From: an uncultured Chloroflexia bacterium
GTDB lineage: Bacteria > Chloroflexota > Anaerolineae > CG2-30-64-16
DNA length: 64,000 nucleotides
NCBI GenBank assembly: GCA_963810095.1
Contig: CAWEMM010000007.1
Location: 1 to 64,000, forward strand
Direction of reading: 5' to 3'
Shown: positions 53,922 through 62,798 of the stretch, one piece after another
Layout of the letters: each line of letters starts with the position of its first letter
Position numbering within the stretch: position 1 is the first letter of the stretch
The notes under the pieces: generated by a model
Told to the model about the DNA's origin: nothing
The model's database searches: none
What the model saw: the letters and a program-made list of their open reading frames with translations, nothing else
Program-made: the position numbers and the translations under genes

Positions 53922-56279
53922 CTATGGGAGCTGCTGCAATGCTTCCCATATCTTCTGAGACGTAAGCGGCATCGAATCGATACGGATGCCGGCCGCATTG
54001 TAGACCGCATTCGCAATCGCGGGGGCGGTCGGCACCATCGGGTGCTCCCCGACGCCGCGGGCCCCGAAGGGACCGTCGTCCTGCGGCACCTCAACGATGA
54101 TGTTCTCCGTTTCCAGCGGCGCATCGACGGCAGTCGCGATGCGATAGTCGGTGAAGTTCGGGTTGCGGGGCCGGCCGTGATCCAGGACGAGGCTTTCCAG
54201 CAGTGCAGTGCTCATGCCTTGCACCGCGCCACCTTCCATCTGCGTGCGCACCATCTCCGGGTTGATCGCCTTGCCGACGTCGTATGCGGAGACGATCTTG
54301 AGCACCTGGATTTCGCCCGTCTCCGTGTCGATCTCCAGTTCCACTGCCTGGCAGCCGGTCGTGAAGTGGACCACTGCCCGCGGGCCCTGCCCCGTCTCGG
54401 AATCGAGCGGGGTGACGTAGTCGGGCATGAAGCGGCCCTGCGCGACCACCGGTCCGCCGACGAAGGTGCCGTCCTTGCGCTGCACGCCGTAGATGGCGAT
54501 GTCCTTCAGCGGCACCGACTCCTCGGACTTGTAGCTGATCACGGTGCCGTCGATGATATCCAGGTCCTGGATGTCCTCGCCCCACGCCTGCGCGACTGCC
54601 GACAGCACCTGGGTGCGGGCGGTTTCGGCGGCTTGCAGCACCGCGTTGCCCATGCTCCACGTCAGGCGCGAGGCCACCGTCTGCCATTCGTAGGGGCTGT
54701 AGTCGGTGTCGACCGTGTTGACCCGCACGTCGGTCACCTTGATACCGAGTCCCTCGGCCGCGAACTGGGCCATCGCGGTCAGTGCGCCCTGGCCGATGTC
54801 CACGCCGCCGATGCTGACCGTCGCCGTGCCGTCCTCGTTCAGCCGCACGAGCGCGCTCGAGCCGGGGTTGGGGGGCATCGCAGGCGCCTTCCACATGGCC
54901 GCCAGCCCCTTCCCGCGCACCTTGTGCGGCCCCGAGGGGGAGCACGGCTCGCCCCACTTGATCGCATCCGCCGCCTTGCGGATGCACTGGCTGAGGCCGG
55001 TCGGGTGCATCTTCATGCCGGTCAGCGTCTCGTCGCCGTCCTTCAGGCAGTTTTTGAGCCGCACCTCCACCGGGTCGAGCCCCAGCTTGTGGGCCATCTG
55101 GTCGATGTGCTGCTCGATGCCGAAGTGGATTTCCGGCATGCCGAACCCACGCATGGCGCCGCCCACGGGATGGTTGGTATAGACGCAGAAGCTGTCGACG
55201 TGGATGTTGGGGACGAAGTAGGGGCCCGTGCCCGAGTAGCCGGCCGCCCGGCTGATGTTCACCCCGTACTCGGTGCTGGCGCCGCCGTCCCAGTAGAAGG
55301 TGTTCTGCATGGCCGTGATGCGGCCGTCCTTCGTCATGCCCATCTTGATCTTCGCGATCAGGCCCTGGCGCACGAAGGTCGTGTAGAACTCCTCCTCGCG
55401 GGTCATGCGCAGCTTGACCGGCCGGCCCTTCGCGTGGATGGCCAGCGCGACGGCTGCGCCCTCCATGCTCACGCCTGCCTTCGAGCCGAATCCACCACCA
55501 ACGTGCGGCGTAATGACCCGCAGCCGCGAGTGGTTGATGTGGAGCGCCTTGGCGATCAGGTTCCGCTGGGCAAAGGGCGACTGGCTGGAGGACCAGAGCG
55601 TGATCTTGCCGTTCATGTCCTGCTGGGCCACGCACACATGCGTCTCGAGCGGTACGTGCTGGATGTGCGGCACTTTGTACGTGTGCTCGTACACCACGCC
55701 GCCGTCTGCGGCAGCTTCGGCCCAGCCCTGCTCCATGTCGCCCTTGCGCACCTTCATCCAGTTCGAGATGTTCGTGCCCGGCTGCGGGAAGACGAATGGG
55801 ACGCTCTCATACGATCCGAGATCGGGGTGGATCAGGGGCGCTTCGGGCGAGGCGCCATACTCCGGGTCGAACACGCCGGGCAGTTCCTCGTACTCGACCT
55901 CGATCAGATCCAGCGCAGCCTCGGCGATCTCCGGCGTATCTGCTGCGACTGCTGCAACGGCCTCGCCGAAGTGGCGCACTCGATCCAGCGCGAAGATGCG
56001 CCGGTCCTTAAGGTACAAGCCCGAGAAACCGGGGAAGTCCTCGCCGCACACGACGACCCGGACGCCCGGCAGCGCCCGGGCCTTGCTGACGTCGATGCGC
56101 TTGATGAGACCGTGCGGAATCGGGCTGCGCTTCAGTGCGCCCCACAGGAGGTTCGGCCCGAACTGCATATCGTCGACGTACGTGGCCGCGCCGGTCACCT
56201 TGTCGCGGCCTTCGATCCGCTGCGGGCTGGCGCCGACTGCGTGCGTTTTCTGCCTGGTTGGAGGGGGTGTCGTGGTCAT
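53922..56279 (-). CDS. Xanthine dehydrogenase family molybdopterin-binding subunit
   Basis: KVTGAATYVDD, GGGFGSK, AMRGFG, DIGQG, QMEGG, GARGVGE. Confidence 0.92.
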   Translation of the reverse strand: MTTTPPPTRQKTHAVGASPQRIEGRDKVTGAATYVDDMQFGPNLLWGALKRSPIPHGLIKRIDVSKARALPGVRVVVCGEDFPGFSGLYLKDRRIFALDRVRHFGEAVAAVAADTPEIAEAALDLIEVEYEELPGVFDPEYGASPEAPLIHPDLGSYESVPFVFPQPGTNISNWMKVRKGDMEQGWAEAAADGGVVYEHTYKVPHIQHVPLETHVCVAQQDMNGKITLWSSSQSPFAQRNLIAKALHINHSRLRVITPHVGGGFGSKAGVSMEGAAVALAIHAKGRPVKLRMTREEEFYTTFVRQGLIAKIKMGMTKDGRITAMQNTFYWDGGASTEYGVNISRAAGYSGTGPYFVPNIHVDSFCVYTNHPVGGAMRGFGMPEIHFGIEQHIDQMAHKLGLDPVEVRLKNCLKDGDETLTGMKMHPTGLSQCIRKAADAIKWGEPCSPSGPHKVRGKGLAAMWKAPAMPPNPGSSALVRLNEDGTATVSIGGVDIGQGALTAMAQFAAEGLGIKVTDVRVNTVDTDYSPYEWQTVASRLTWSMGNAVLQAAETARTQVLSAVAQAWGEDIQDLDIIDGTVISYKSEESVPLKDIAIYGVQRKDGTFVGGPVVAQGRFMPDYVTPLDSETGQGPRAVVHFTTGCQAVELEIDTETGEIQVLKIVSAYDVGKAINPEMVRTQMEGGAVQGMSTALLESLVLDHGRPRNPNFTDYRIATAVDAPLETENIIVEVPQDDGPFGARGVGEHPMVPTAPAIANAVYNAAGIRIDSMPLTSQKIWEALQQLP

Positions 56280-56767
56280 GCGATCGCCTCCCGGCGGGTC
56301 TCGGCGCTGCGCCGAGCCGCCATCTTGATCGCATCGATGATGCGCATGTAGCCCGTGCAGCGGCACAGATTGCCGACCAGCGCCTCACGGATCTGTTCAT
56401 CGGTCGGGTTCGGGTTCCGGTCGAGCAGCGCGCGGGCATTTACGAGGATGCCCGGCGTGCAGAAGCCGCATTGGGTCGCGCCTGTGGCGACAAAGGCTTC
56501 CTGGAGCGGATCGAGCTGCTGGTCTGTGGCGAGACCTTCGATCGTCGTGATGGCTGCGCCGTTTGCTTCGGGTGCAAGGACCATGCACGAGTTGACCGGC
56601 TCGCCGTTCAGCAGTACGGCGCATGCGCCGCACTCGCCCGCTTCACAGCCGTTCTTGGTGCCGGTCAGGACGAGCTGCTCGCGCAGCACGCGCAGCAGTG
56701 TATAGTGGGACGGCACTTCAAGGTCGTAGGGTTCGCCGTTGACGGTGAACTGGATGCGATGTTTCAT
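56276..56767 (-). CDS. Xanthine dehydrogenase family 2Fe-2S subunit
   Basis: GTKNGCEAGECGAC, QCGFCTPG, GNLCRCTGY. Confidence 0.95.
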   Translation of the reverse strand: MKHRIQFTVNGEPYDLEVPSHYTLLRVLREQLVLTGTKNGCEAGECGACAVLLNGEPVNSCMVLAPEANGAAITTIEGLATDQQLDPLQEAFVATGATQCGFCTPGILVNARALLDRNPNPTDEQIREALVGNLCRCTGYMRIIDAIKMAARRSAETRREAIA

Positions 56768-57660
56768 GCTGCTCCTCCAGCCGCGGGAGGAGCGCTGGGA
56801 ACCGAAAGCGCCGCCAGGATGCTCTCGATGCCGCGGCGGGCCAGTACCCGGACCATGGCCTTGCGATAGGCCGCGCTGCCGCGAATGTCGTCGATCGGCC
56901 GCGCGGCCCCCGATGCCAGCTCGGCCGCCCGGGCCACGCCTGCCGGCGTGTTATCCTGCGCGAGGGCCGTTTCGGCTTCTAATGCCCGCAGGGGGGTGGG
57001 ACCGGCTGCGCCGATGGCGAGCCGCCAGGCAAGGCTGCCGTCGCGTGCCTCGCAGTTGACGGCCACGCTGACGACGGCGATATCGCCGATCTTGGTGCGG
57101 CCGAGCTTGTTGTATGAGCCGGCCGAGCGAACGCCCTCGTGTGGGGGCAAGTGGATGGCCGTCAGGAATTCGCCCTTCTGCATGGCCGTGCGGCCGGGGC
57201 CGGTGAAGAACGCGCCCATGGGGATGCGCCGAGCGCCGCCTGCACCGAAGACCTCGGCCACCGCATCCAGGCAGAGGAGCGCGGGTGCGGTGTCGGCGGC
57301 GGGGCTGGCGTTGCAGCAGTTGCCGCCGATGGTGGCCCGGTTGCGCAGTTGGTACGAGGCCACGGAATTCGCGGCTTGCGCCAGGACGTCGTACCGTTCG
57401 CAGATCACCGGGTGTGTGCCGACCTGGTTCATCGTGCAGGCCGCGCCGACGACGAGCCAGCCATCCGGGCTGAGCTTGATTTCGCGCATGCCGGGCAGGC
57501 CCTTCAGGTCGACGACGCGTTCTGGCTTGACGAATCCGCCCCGAATGCGAATCAAAAGGTCCGTGCCGCCCTGAAGCGCGCGCACGGACCCGATGCCAGC
57601 AGCAAGATATTCGCTGGCCTCCTGGTAATCCCTGGGGATGACGTAGTCAAATGGTTGCAA
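56764..57660 (-). CDS. Xanthine dehydrogenase family FAD-binding subunit
   Basis: GGTDL, RNRATIGGN, ASPAAD, PIDDIRGSAAYR. Confidence 0.93.
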   Translation of the reverse strand: MQPFDYVIPRDYQEASEYLAAGIGSVRALQGGTDLLIRIRGGFVKPERVVDLKGLPGMREIKLSPDGWLVVGAACTMNQVGTHPVICERYDVLAQAANSVASYQLRNRATIGGNCCNASPAADTAPALLCLDAVAEVFGAGGARRIPMGAFFTGPGRTAMQKGEFLTAIHLPPHEGVRSAGSYNKLGRTKIGDIAVVSVAVNCEARDGSLAWRLAIGAAGPTPLRALEAETALAQDNTPAGVARAAELASGAARPIDDIRGSAAYRKAMVRVLARRGIESILAALSVPSAPPAAGGAA

Positions 57661-57680
57661 CGTTGCTCACCTCGTGATGC

Positions 57681-57731
57681 CATGTGACAGGGTCACCCCG
57701 CCGCCGGGCGGCCGGGCGACCCTGTCACATG
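57681..57731. other. Strong intra-operonic stem-loop between the permease and the FAD subunit
   Basis: 14-bp perfect IR catgtgacagggtc/gaccctgtcacatg; no U-tract. Confidence 0.7.
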
Positions 57732-57737
57732 AAAGTA

Positions 57738-59210
57738 CTAGAAGTCCAGGTTCGCCCGCTCCTTCACGCCGAACTTCGATGGCGGCAGGATGGTGAAGAT
57801 CAGGTTCAAGAAGATGCCCACGATCGCCGAGAAAACGATGGCAGGGATGCCGTTCGGGAAGAGCACGGCGATCTTGAACGGGAACAGGCCGTTGGGCATG
57901 CCCAGGCTGCCGCCAATGCCCAGCACCAGGATCACGGCGCCGATGGCGAGGTTGCGCGGCTCGAACAGGTTCACCCGCTCGCTCTGCAGCAGCGCAACAC
58001 CCTGCATGCCGATGACGCCGAACAGGTAGATCGACAGGCCGCCGACCACTGGCACCGGAACCGTGCCGATCAGCGCCGCGAGTGTGCCGATAAAGGCCAG
58101 CAGCATGGCCATCACGCCCGCGGCCATCAGCACGGGTACGGAGTAGTTGCGGGTAATTGCCATGAGCGAGTTGTTCTCGCCGTAGTTGGTGCCCGCCGAG
58201 CCGCCGAGGAGGCCGGCCACGACATCATCCGTGCCGTCGGCCACGAGGTTGACGCCGATCAGGTTCTTGATCTCCTTCGGCTTCCGGCCCAAATCCTTCG
58301 CCAGCTGGTCGATATAGAGGCTCATCTGGTAGAGATGGGCGGTCGATTCGGGAATGGTGGCGATGCAGATCAGTGCGATGCTGAAGACGACGGCCCAGGC
58401 GTTCGGGTTCGCGAAGTCGGGTAAGGTAAAGGGCGGTACTCGGAAAAGTTGAGCCGCCGTGACGTCGGCAAAGTACTTGACGTAACCGAGTTTCTCTGCG
58501 GGCGGGGGGCCAAACTGGATCAAGCCAAAGGGGATCGCGGCGATGTAGCCGACGACCGCACCCAGCAGGATGGGCAGCATGCCGAGCAGGCCCCGGCCCT
58601 GCAGGTAGACCGAGAAGATGATGGTAGCCAGCAGCGTAATGCCCGCCACGGCCCACGCTCGCCACTGGAAGTCGGCCGGCGCGCCGACGGCGATCCCGCC
58701 CGCCTCGCTGATCGCGGTACCCGCGAGCGCGATACCGATGACGATGGCGACGCTGCCCGTGATGATGGGGGGCAGCACCTTGTCAAGCGCCGCCTTGCCG
58801 ATCCGGACGATCATCAGGCCGAGCAGGATTTCGATGACCGCGGTGCCCAGGATGCCGACCTGCGCGATACGAACGCCGTCGCGGCAGTAGGTCGTCAGCG
58901 GGTCGCTGAAACAGCCGCCGGCATAGGTTGCCATAACGGTAATAATGACCGCGATGTAGCTGAAGCTGGAGCCGTAATAGAGCGGGATGCGGCGCCGTGT
59001 CACCAGGAGGGCAATGATGGTGCCCAGGCCACTGGTGAACAGCGTCACGCCGACATCGAACTTGGTAAGGATGGCAACCAGGACGGTTGCGGGAAACATC
59101 GTCAGCACCTGCTGGAAGCCGAGGCTCAGCATGGCGCCGACCGGGGGCATGTCCTCCGGCAGGTAGCCGAGGATCTTACCCTCTTCGGTGGGGACGGACT
59201 TCACGGCCAT
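57738..59210 (-). CDS. NCS2 (uracil/xanthine) permease
   Basis: AAGGAG RBS before MAVK; YYGSSFSYI, TNYGEN, LFGVIG motifs; many TM helices. Confidence 0.9.
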   Translation of the reverse strand: MAVKSVPTEEGKILGYLPEDMPPVGAMLSLGFQQVLTMFPATVLVAILTKFDVGVTLFTSGLGTIIALLVTRRRIPLYYGSSFSYIAVIITVMATYAGGCFSDPLTTYCRDGVRIAQVGILGTAVIEILLGLMIVRIGKAALDKVLPPIITGSVAIVIGIALAGTAISEAGGIAVGAPADFQWRAWAVAGITLLATIIFSVYLQGRGLLGMLPILLGAVVGYIAAIPFGLIQFGPPPAEKLGYVKYFADVTAAQLFRVPPFTLPDFANPNAWAVVFSIALICIATIPESTAHLYQMSLYIDQLAKDLGRKPKEIKNLIGVNLVADGTDDVVAGLLGGSAGTNYGENNSLMAITRNYSVPVLMAAGVMAMLLAFIGTLAALIGTVPVPVVGGLSIYLFGVIGMQGVALLQSERVNLFEPRNLAIGAVILVLGIGGSLGMPNGLFPFKIAVLFPNGIPAIVFSAIVGIFLNLIFTILPPSKFGVKERANLDF

Positions 59211-59422
59211 GATAACGTTCTCCTTTGAGATTAGGATGGGCTGGGCAAAAAAGGAAACGATCGACCGTCTTGATATCCGGGGCGCGTACCTCCAAAAGGC
59301 AAAGCGCACACACCTCCTTCTGGGCCGCATTTTAGCACAGCGACCACTGCGCTACACGACGCGAAACCTACGCTTACATAACGTCGAACCCACGCCGGTG
59401 CAGCATCTGGGCGAAGCGGGGT

Positions 59423-59500
59423 TACCACAGAAGGCACAAAGACACGAAGGTTCACAAAGAGGCTCTAAAGAAGCTTTGTGTCTTGGTGTCTTTGTGGTGA
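59423..59500. repeat. REP-like element, family E (CACAAAG periodic arms)
   Basis: accacagaaggcacaaagacacgaag...ctttgtgtcttggtgtctttgtggt inverted arms. Confidence 0.7.
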
Positions 59501-59514
59501 GGCGCACCTCCGCA

Positions 59515-60762
59515 TCAGCGTAACCGTAGCGCTCCGCGAAACGCGATCAGCGCCTGCTCGAATACGCCGAGCGCCGGTCGCACCAGTCCCGCGCCGACCT
59601 GGCCGACGCCGGGGTCCTTGTGCGCGACACCCGTGTTGACGCGCGGCGAGATGCCCGTCTCGACGACTTTACGGATATCGATGCCGGTCGGCGTGCCCCG
59701 AAAGTCGAGGGCCGGCATGGTGAAGTACTTGTGCTCGCCGAACGTGATTTCGTACATCTCGAGCGTGGCCGTCAACGCGTCCTTGGGCGTACCGCCGACA
59801 AACTGGACGATGGCCGGGGCCGTCGCCATGGCAAATCCGCCAATGCCCGCGGTTTCGGTGATGGTGCTGTCGCCGATGTCGGGGTTGGCGTCGGCCTCGC
59901 TGAACCCGGCGAAGTAGAGCGCCTTCACTTTCTCGGCCGGCTGGGTGAACCAACGGTCGCCCAGGCCCGACACCCGGATGCCAAAGTCCGTGCCGTTGCG
60001 CGCCATGGTCGTGACGATCGTGCTGCCCTCGATGCCGTGCGCGGCGTCGGCCATGGCCTTGCACCCCGCCATAATCGGGTTGAGCACGGACAGCGGGTGA
60101 TCGCCCAGGAACCTGGCAACCTCCGACGCGACTTGGGGACTTGGCGCGCACAGGGCGACCTGGGGCGCCAGGGCTTTCAGGAACAGCAGCGCCGCGGCCT
60201 TGTTGCGGTTGTGTCCCTCGTCGCCCATGTGCAGGGCCTCGCCCAACAGCGCGCGGATGTCGACCCCGCCGCTCGCGACGATCGCATCGTGCAGGACCGG
60301 AGCCATCACGTCGTTCATCCAGTGGAGCCGAGCGATGACGTCCGGGGCGTACGCGCCCATGCGCAACACCTTGCCATAGCCCTCGTTGAGGTTCGAGTAG
60401 CTGAGGTTGCCGTGGGTCTTGTTCTCGACCACGTACACCATCATGGAAGGCGAGATGACGCCCGCCATGGGCCCGACGGCGGCGTGGTGGTGGCAAGGAT
60501 CAAACCGCACCTTCCCGCCGGCTGCCAGGGCGACTGCTTCCTCCGCGTCCTGCGCCCGGCCTTCGAAGATCAGCGCGCCGATGACCGCACCCCGCTGGGG
60601 TCCGGACATCCGCTCCCACGTAACCGGCGGGCCCGCGTGCATCAGCAAGTCGTCGCTCATCCCGGGCACCGCGTCCCGCGCCCGGGCCAGCCCGATTACG
60701 ACCGGCCGGGCCTGCATCATCCGCTCGACGGCCGTTCTGTTCGCCGCATCAATGTCGACCAC
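59515..60762 (-). CDS. DUF1116 (YlbE/YahG, AllG-like) protein; possible frameshift in the last codons
   Basis: GGAGG RBS and GTG at 60762; HAGPP, VGPMAG, MGDEGHNRN, MARNGTDFGI, NPDIGDS. Confidence 0.88.
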   Translation of the reverse strand: MVDIDAANRTAVERMMQARPVVIGLARARDAVPGMSDDLLMHAGPPVTWERMSGPQRGAVIGALIFEGRAQDAEEAVALAAGGKVRFDPCHHHAAVGPMAGVISPSMMVYVVENKTHGNLSYSNLNEGYGKVLRMGAYAPDVIARLHWMNDVMAPVLHDAIVASGGVDIRALLGEALHMGDEGHNRNKAAALLFLKALAPQVALCAPSPQVASEVARFLGDHPLSVLNPIMAGCKAMADAAHGIEGSTIVTTMARNGTDFGIRVSGLGDRWFTQPAEKVKALYFAGFSEADANPDIGDSTITETAGIGGFAMATAPAIVQFVGGTPKDALTATLEMYEITFGEHKYFTMPALDFRGTPTGIDIRKVVETGISPRVNTGVAHKDPGVGQVGAGLVRPALGVFEQALIAFRGALRLR

Positions 60763-60783
60763 GTGTCCTCCACCTGCGGGCAA

Positions 60784-60888
60784 GGCTGCCACGAATTTCA
60801 CGAATTGCACGAATGAGACGAATCACGCGTAGGTCGCTATCGTCTCGAAATCGCCGAATTCGTCAAATTCGTGCAATTCGTGGCGGCC
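60784..60888. repeat. REP/MITE-like element, family B
   Basis: ggctgccacgaatt...aattcgtggcggcc with periodic cgaat units. Confidence 0.8.
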
Positions 60889-60891
60889 TCG

Positions 60892-62643
60892 TCATTTCTT
60901 CATCTTGGCGAGAATTGCCATCAGGCGCTCGTTGCCGCCCGCGGGCGGGCGCCAGTCGACGTGGATCACCGGCGCACCCTGGGCCTGCAGCGTCTCGGCA
61001 AACGACTCCAGCCCGACGTTGATTGCCGCGAGGGGCGCCTGCAGCGCGTCCAGCGAGACGGGCCGCAGGGCCGAGGGCACGGGCCGAGGCGCCAGGGCCC
61101 GCACGAGCTCGCCTGCCCGCCGCACAGTCGCTTCGTTACGGGTGTCGACCTGCGCACCGGCTTCGGCCAGCCGTTGGCGTTGGGCCTCCAGGTCCTGCGG
61201 GTCCTCATCAGTCCCGGTCAGCACCACGAGCACGTCCAGGCGGCGGCCCGCACTTCGTGCAACGCCGATCGCCCGTTCGATCGCGGGCGCCAGTTCTGCG
61301 GCCGGGTTCGGATGCGAGCCGTAGCCCAGCACCACGTCGAGCAGGAGCACGCCCACCTCTGGGTCTGCCGCTTCCTGGAGCAGCCGGCGGACGCGCAGCT
61401 CGTTGTCGAGCATGGGGTGCAGCCGGCCGACGGTGAACTCGTCCTCGCCCAGATCGACGATGGTGTGCTCCTGGCTGACCAGCGAGTTGGGCAGCTGCCA
61501 CGCTTTGTCGAGCGGCGCATTCGCCCACACGCCCGGTACGTAATCCCTCAGGATGGCCTGTGCCTCGTAGGCCAGGGTGCCGCCCGAGAACAGGCCGCGC
61601 AGGTAGCGTTGGCCGGGGGCGAAACCGGCAACCTGTTCCTCGACCAAGACAGCCGGGTCTCCTGCGCCGCCCCCTTGGCGGAAACCGGGTTTCTCGAGCT
61701 CGCCTGCCAACTCCACGGCCAGCGCAGCGGCATGGTCAAGGCTTGCGGCGAAGTACAGGTTGCCTCGGGTCGTACAGGTGACGGGCCGGCCGACGAACGA
61801 CACCACGACCGGCTTGCCTGCGGACTCGGCGAGCTGGAGCACTTCCTCGGCGACCGTGGCCGCGGGCGGCTTTGACACCAGCACAATTACCTTGACGTCG
61901 GGGTCGCGTGCGAGAACGTCGATTCCCTGGCGGAACGTTACCGCGCCGATCTTCTCAGACAGATCGCGGCCGCCCGTGCCAATACCGTGAGTCACCCCGC
62001 CGCCCAACTGGTGGATGCGGGCGGTTACCTGTTGCAGGCCGGTCCCGGCCGCGGCGACCACGCCAATTGGGCCGCCGCGCACCTTGTTGGCAAAGCCCAG
62101 GCCGACGCCGCCGATCATCGCGGTCCCGCAGTCTGGCCCCATGACGAGCAGACCTTTCTCGGCGGCGAGGCGCTTCAACTCGATTTCTTCTTCGACCGGC
62201 ACGTTGTCGCTGAAGAGGAAGACGTGTTTGTTCGCTGCCAGGGCCTGGCGCGCCACACCCGCAGCATAACGGCCCGCGACCGAAATCAACACAAAGTTGG
62301 CTTCCGGCAGCATCTGGGCTGCGGTGTCGAGGCTCTGCGGGCGATAGTCTTGGCGGAGGGTCGAGCGCCGCAGGGCCAGGAGTGCGTCGACTTGAGCGAG
62401 TGCCGCGAGTGCCGCCGCGTCGCTTTCTGACTGCACCGCGATGATCAGATCGTCGGGGCGGGCCGCGTCGATCTCCGGTGCGGTCAGCCCGCTCTGCGCC
62501 AGCAACGCCTTGTTGGACGGCGTGCCCATGGCTACGCCGGATTGCAGGATGCCATCCAGTCCGGCGAGTGCGGCCTGCAGATGCATGAGGACGATCGAGT
62601 CATAGTAGGCGCCGCGCCGGATTTCGACTTGGGTAGTTGTCAT
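60892..62643 (-). CDS. fdrA: FdrA (AllF-like) acyl-CoA synthetase-related protein
   Basis: YYDSIVLM, MGTPSNK, FLFSDNV, MGPDCGT, GTGGRDL, GLFSGGTL, GRLHPMLD, DWRPPAGG. Confidence 0.9.
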   Translation of the reverse strand: MTTTQVEIRRGAYYDSIVLMHLQAALAGLDGILQSGVAMGTPSNKALLAQSGLTAPEIDAARPDDLIIAVQSESDAAALAALAQVDALLALRRSTLRQDYRPQSLDTAAQMLPEANFVLISVAGRYAAGVARQALAANKHVFLFSDNVPVEEEIELKRLAAEKGLLVMGPDCGTAMIGGVGLGFANKVRGGPIGVVAAAGTGLQQVTARIHQLGGGVTHGIGTGGRDLSEKIGAVTFRQGIDVLARDPDVKVIVLVSKPPAATVAEEVLQLAESAGKPVVVSFVGRPVTCTTRGNLYFAASLDHAAALAVELAGELEKPGFRQGGGAGDPAVLVEEQVAGFAPGQRYLRGLFSGGTLAYEAQAILRDYVPGVWANAPLDKAWQLPNSLVSQEHTIVDLGEDEFTVGRLHPMLDNELRVRRLLQEAADPEVGVLLLDVVLGYGSHPNPAAELAPAIERAIGVARSAGRRLDVLVVLTGTDEDPQDLEAQRQRLAEAGAQVDTRNEATVRRAGELVRALAPRPVPSALRPVSLDALQAPLAAINVGLESFAETLQAQGAPVIHVDWRPPAGGNERLMAILAKMKK

Positions 62644-62692
62644 TCAGGCCTCGCTCGCATTCGGCGATTTCGCTCTGACGGTTAAGTTGGGT

Positions 62693-62767
62693 CCGCCACG
62701 AATTGCACGAATTGTACGAATTGGCGTTCGAAATGTCTACGAAGCAATTCGGGAAATTCGCGGCAGC
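62693..62767. repeat. REP/MITE-like element, family B
   Basis: ccgccacgaattgcacgaattgtacgaatt...aattcgggaaattcgcggcag. Confidence 0.7.
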
Positions 62768-62798
62768 GCCGCGGGCGATGCCGTCGCTCCGGCGTCGC

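Noticed and set aside
53922-57660. Selenocysteine recoding in the XDH-family genes
   Set aside because: No in-frame TGA interrupts these ORFs
59211-59330. Purine riboswitch or extended N-terminus of the NCS2 permease
   Set aside because: No purine aptamer core is recognisable; the upstream AAGGAGGT is too close to the in-frame GTG, whereas ATG 59210 has a well-spaced SD
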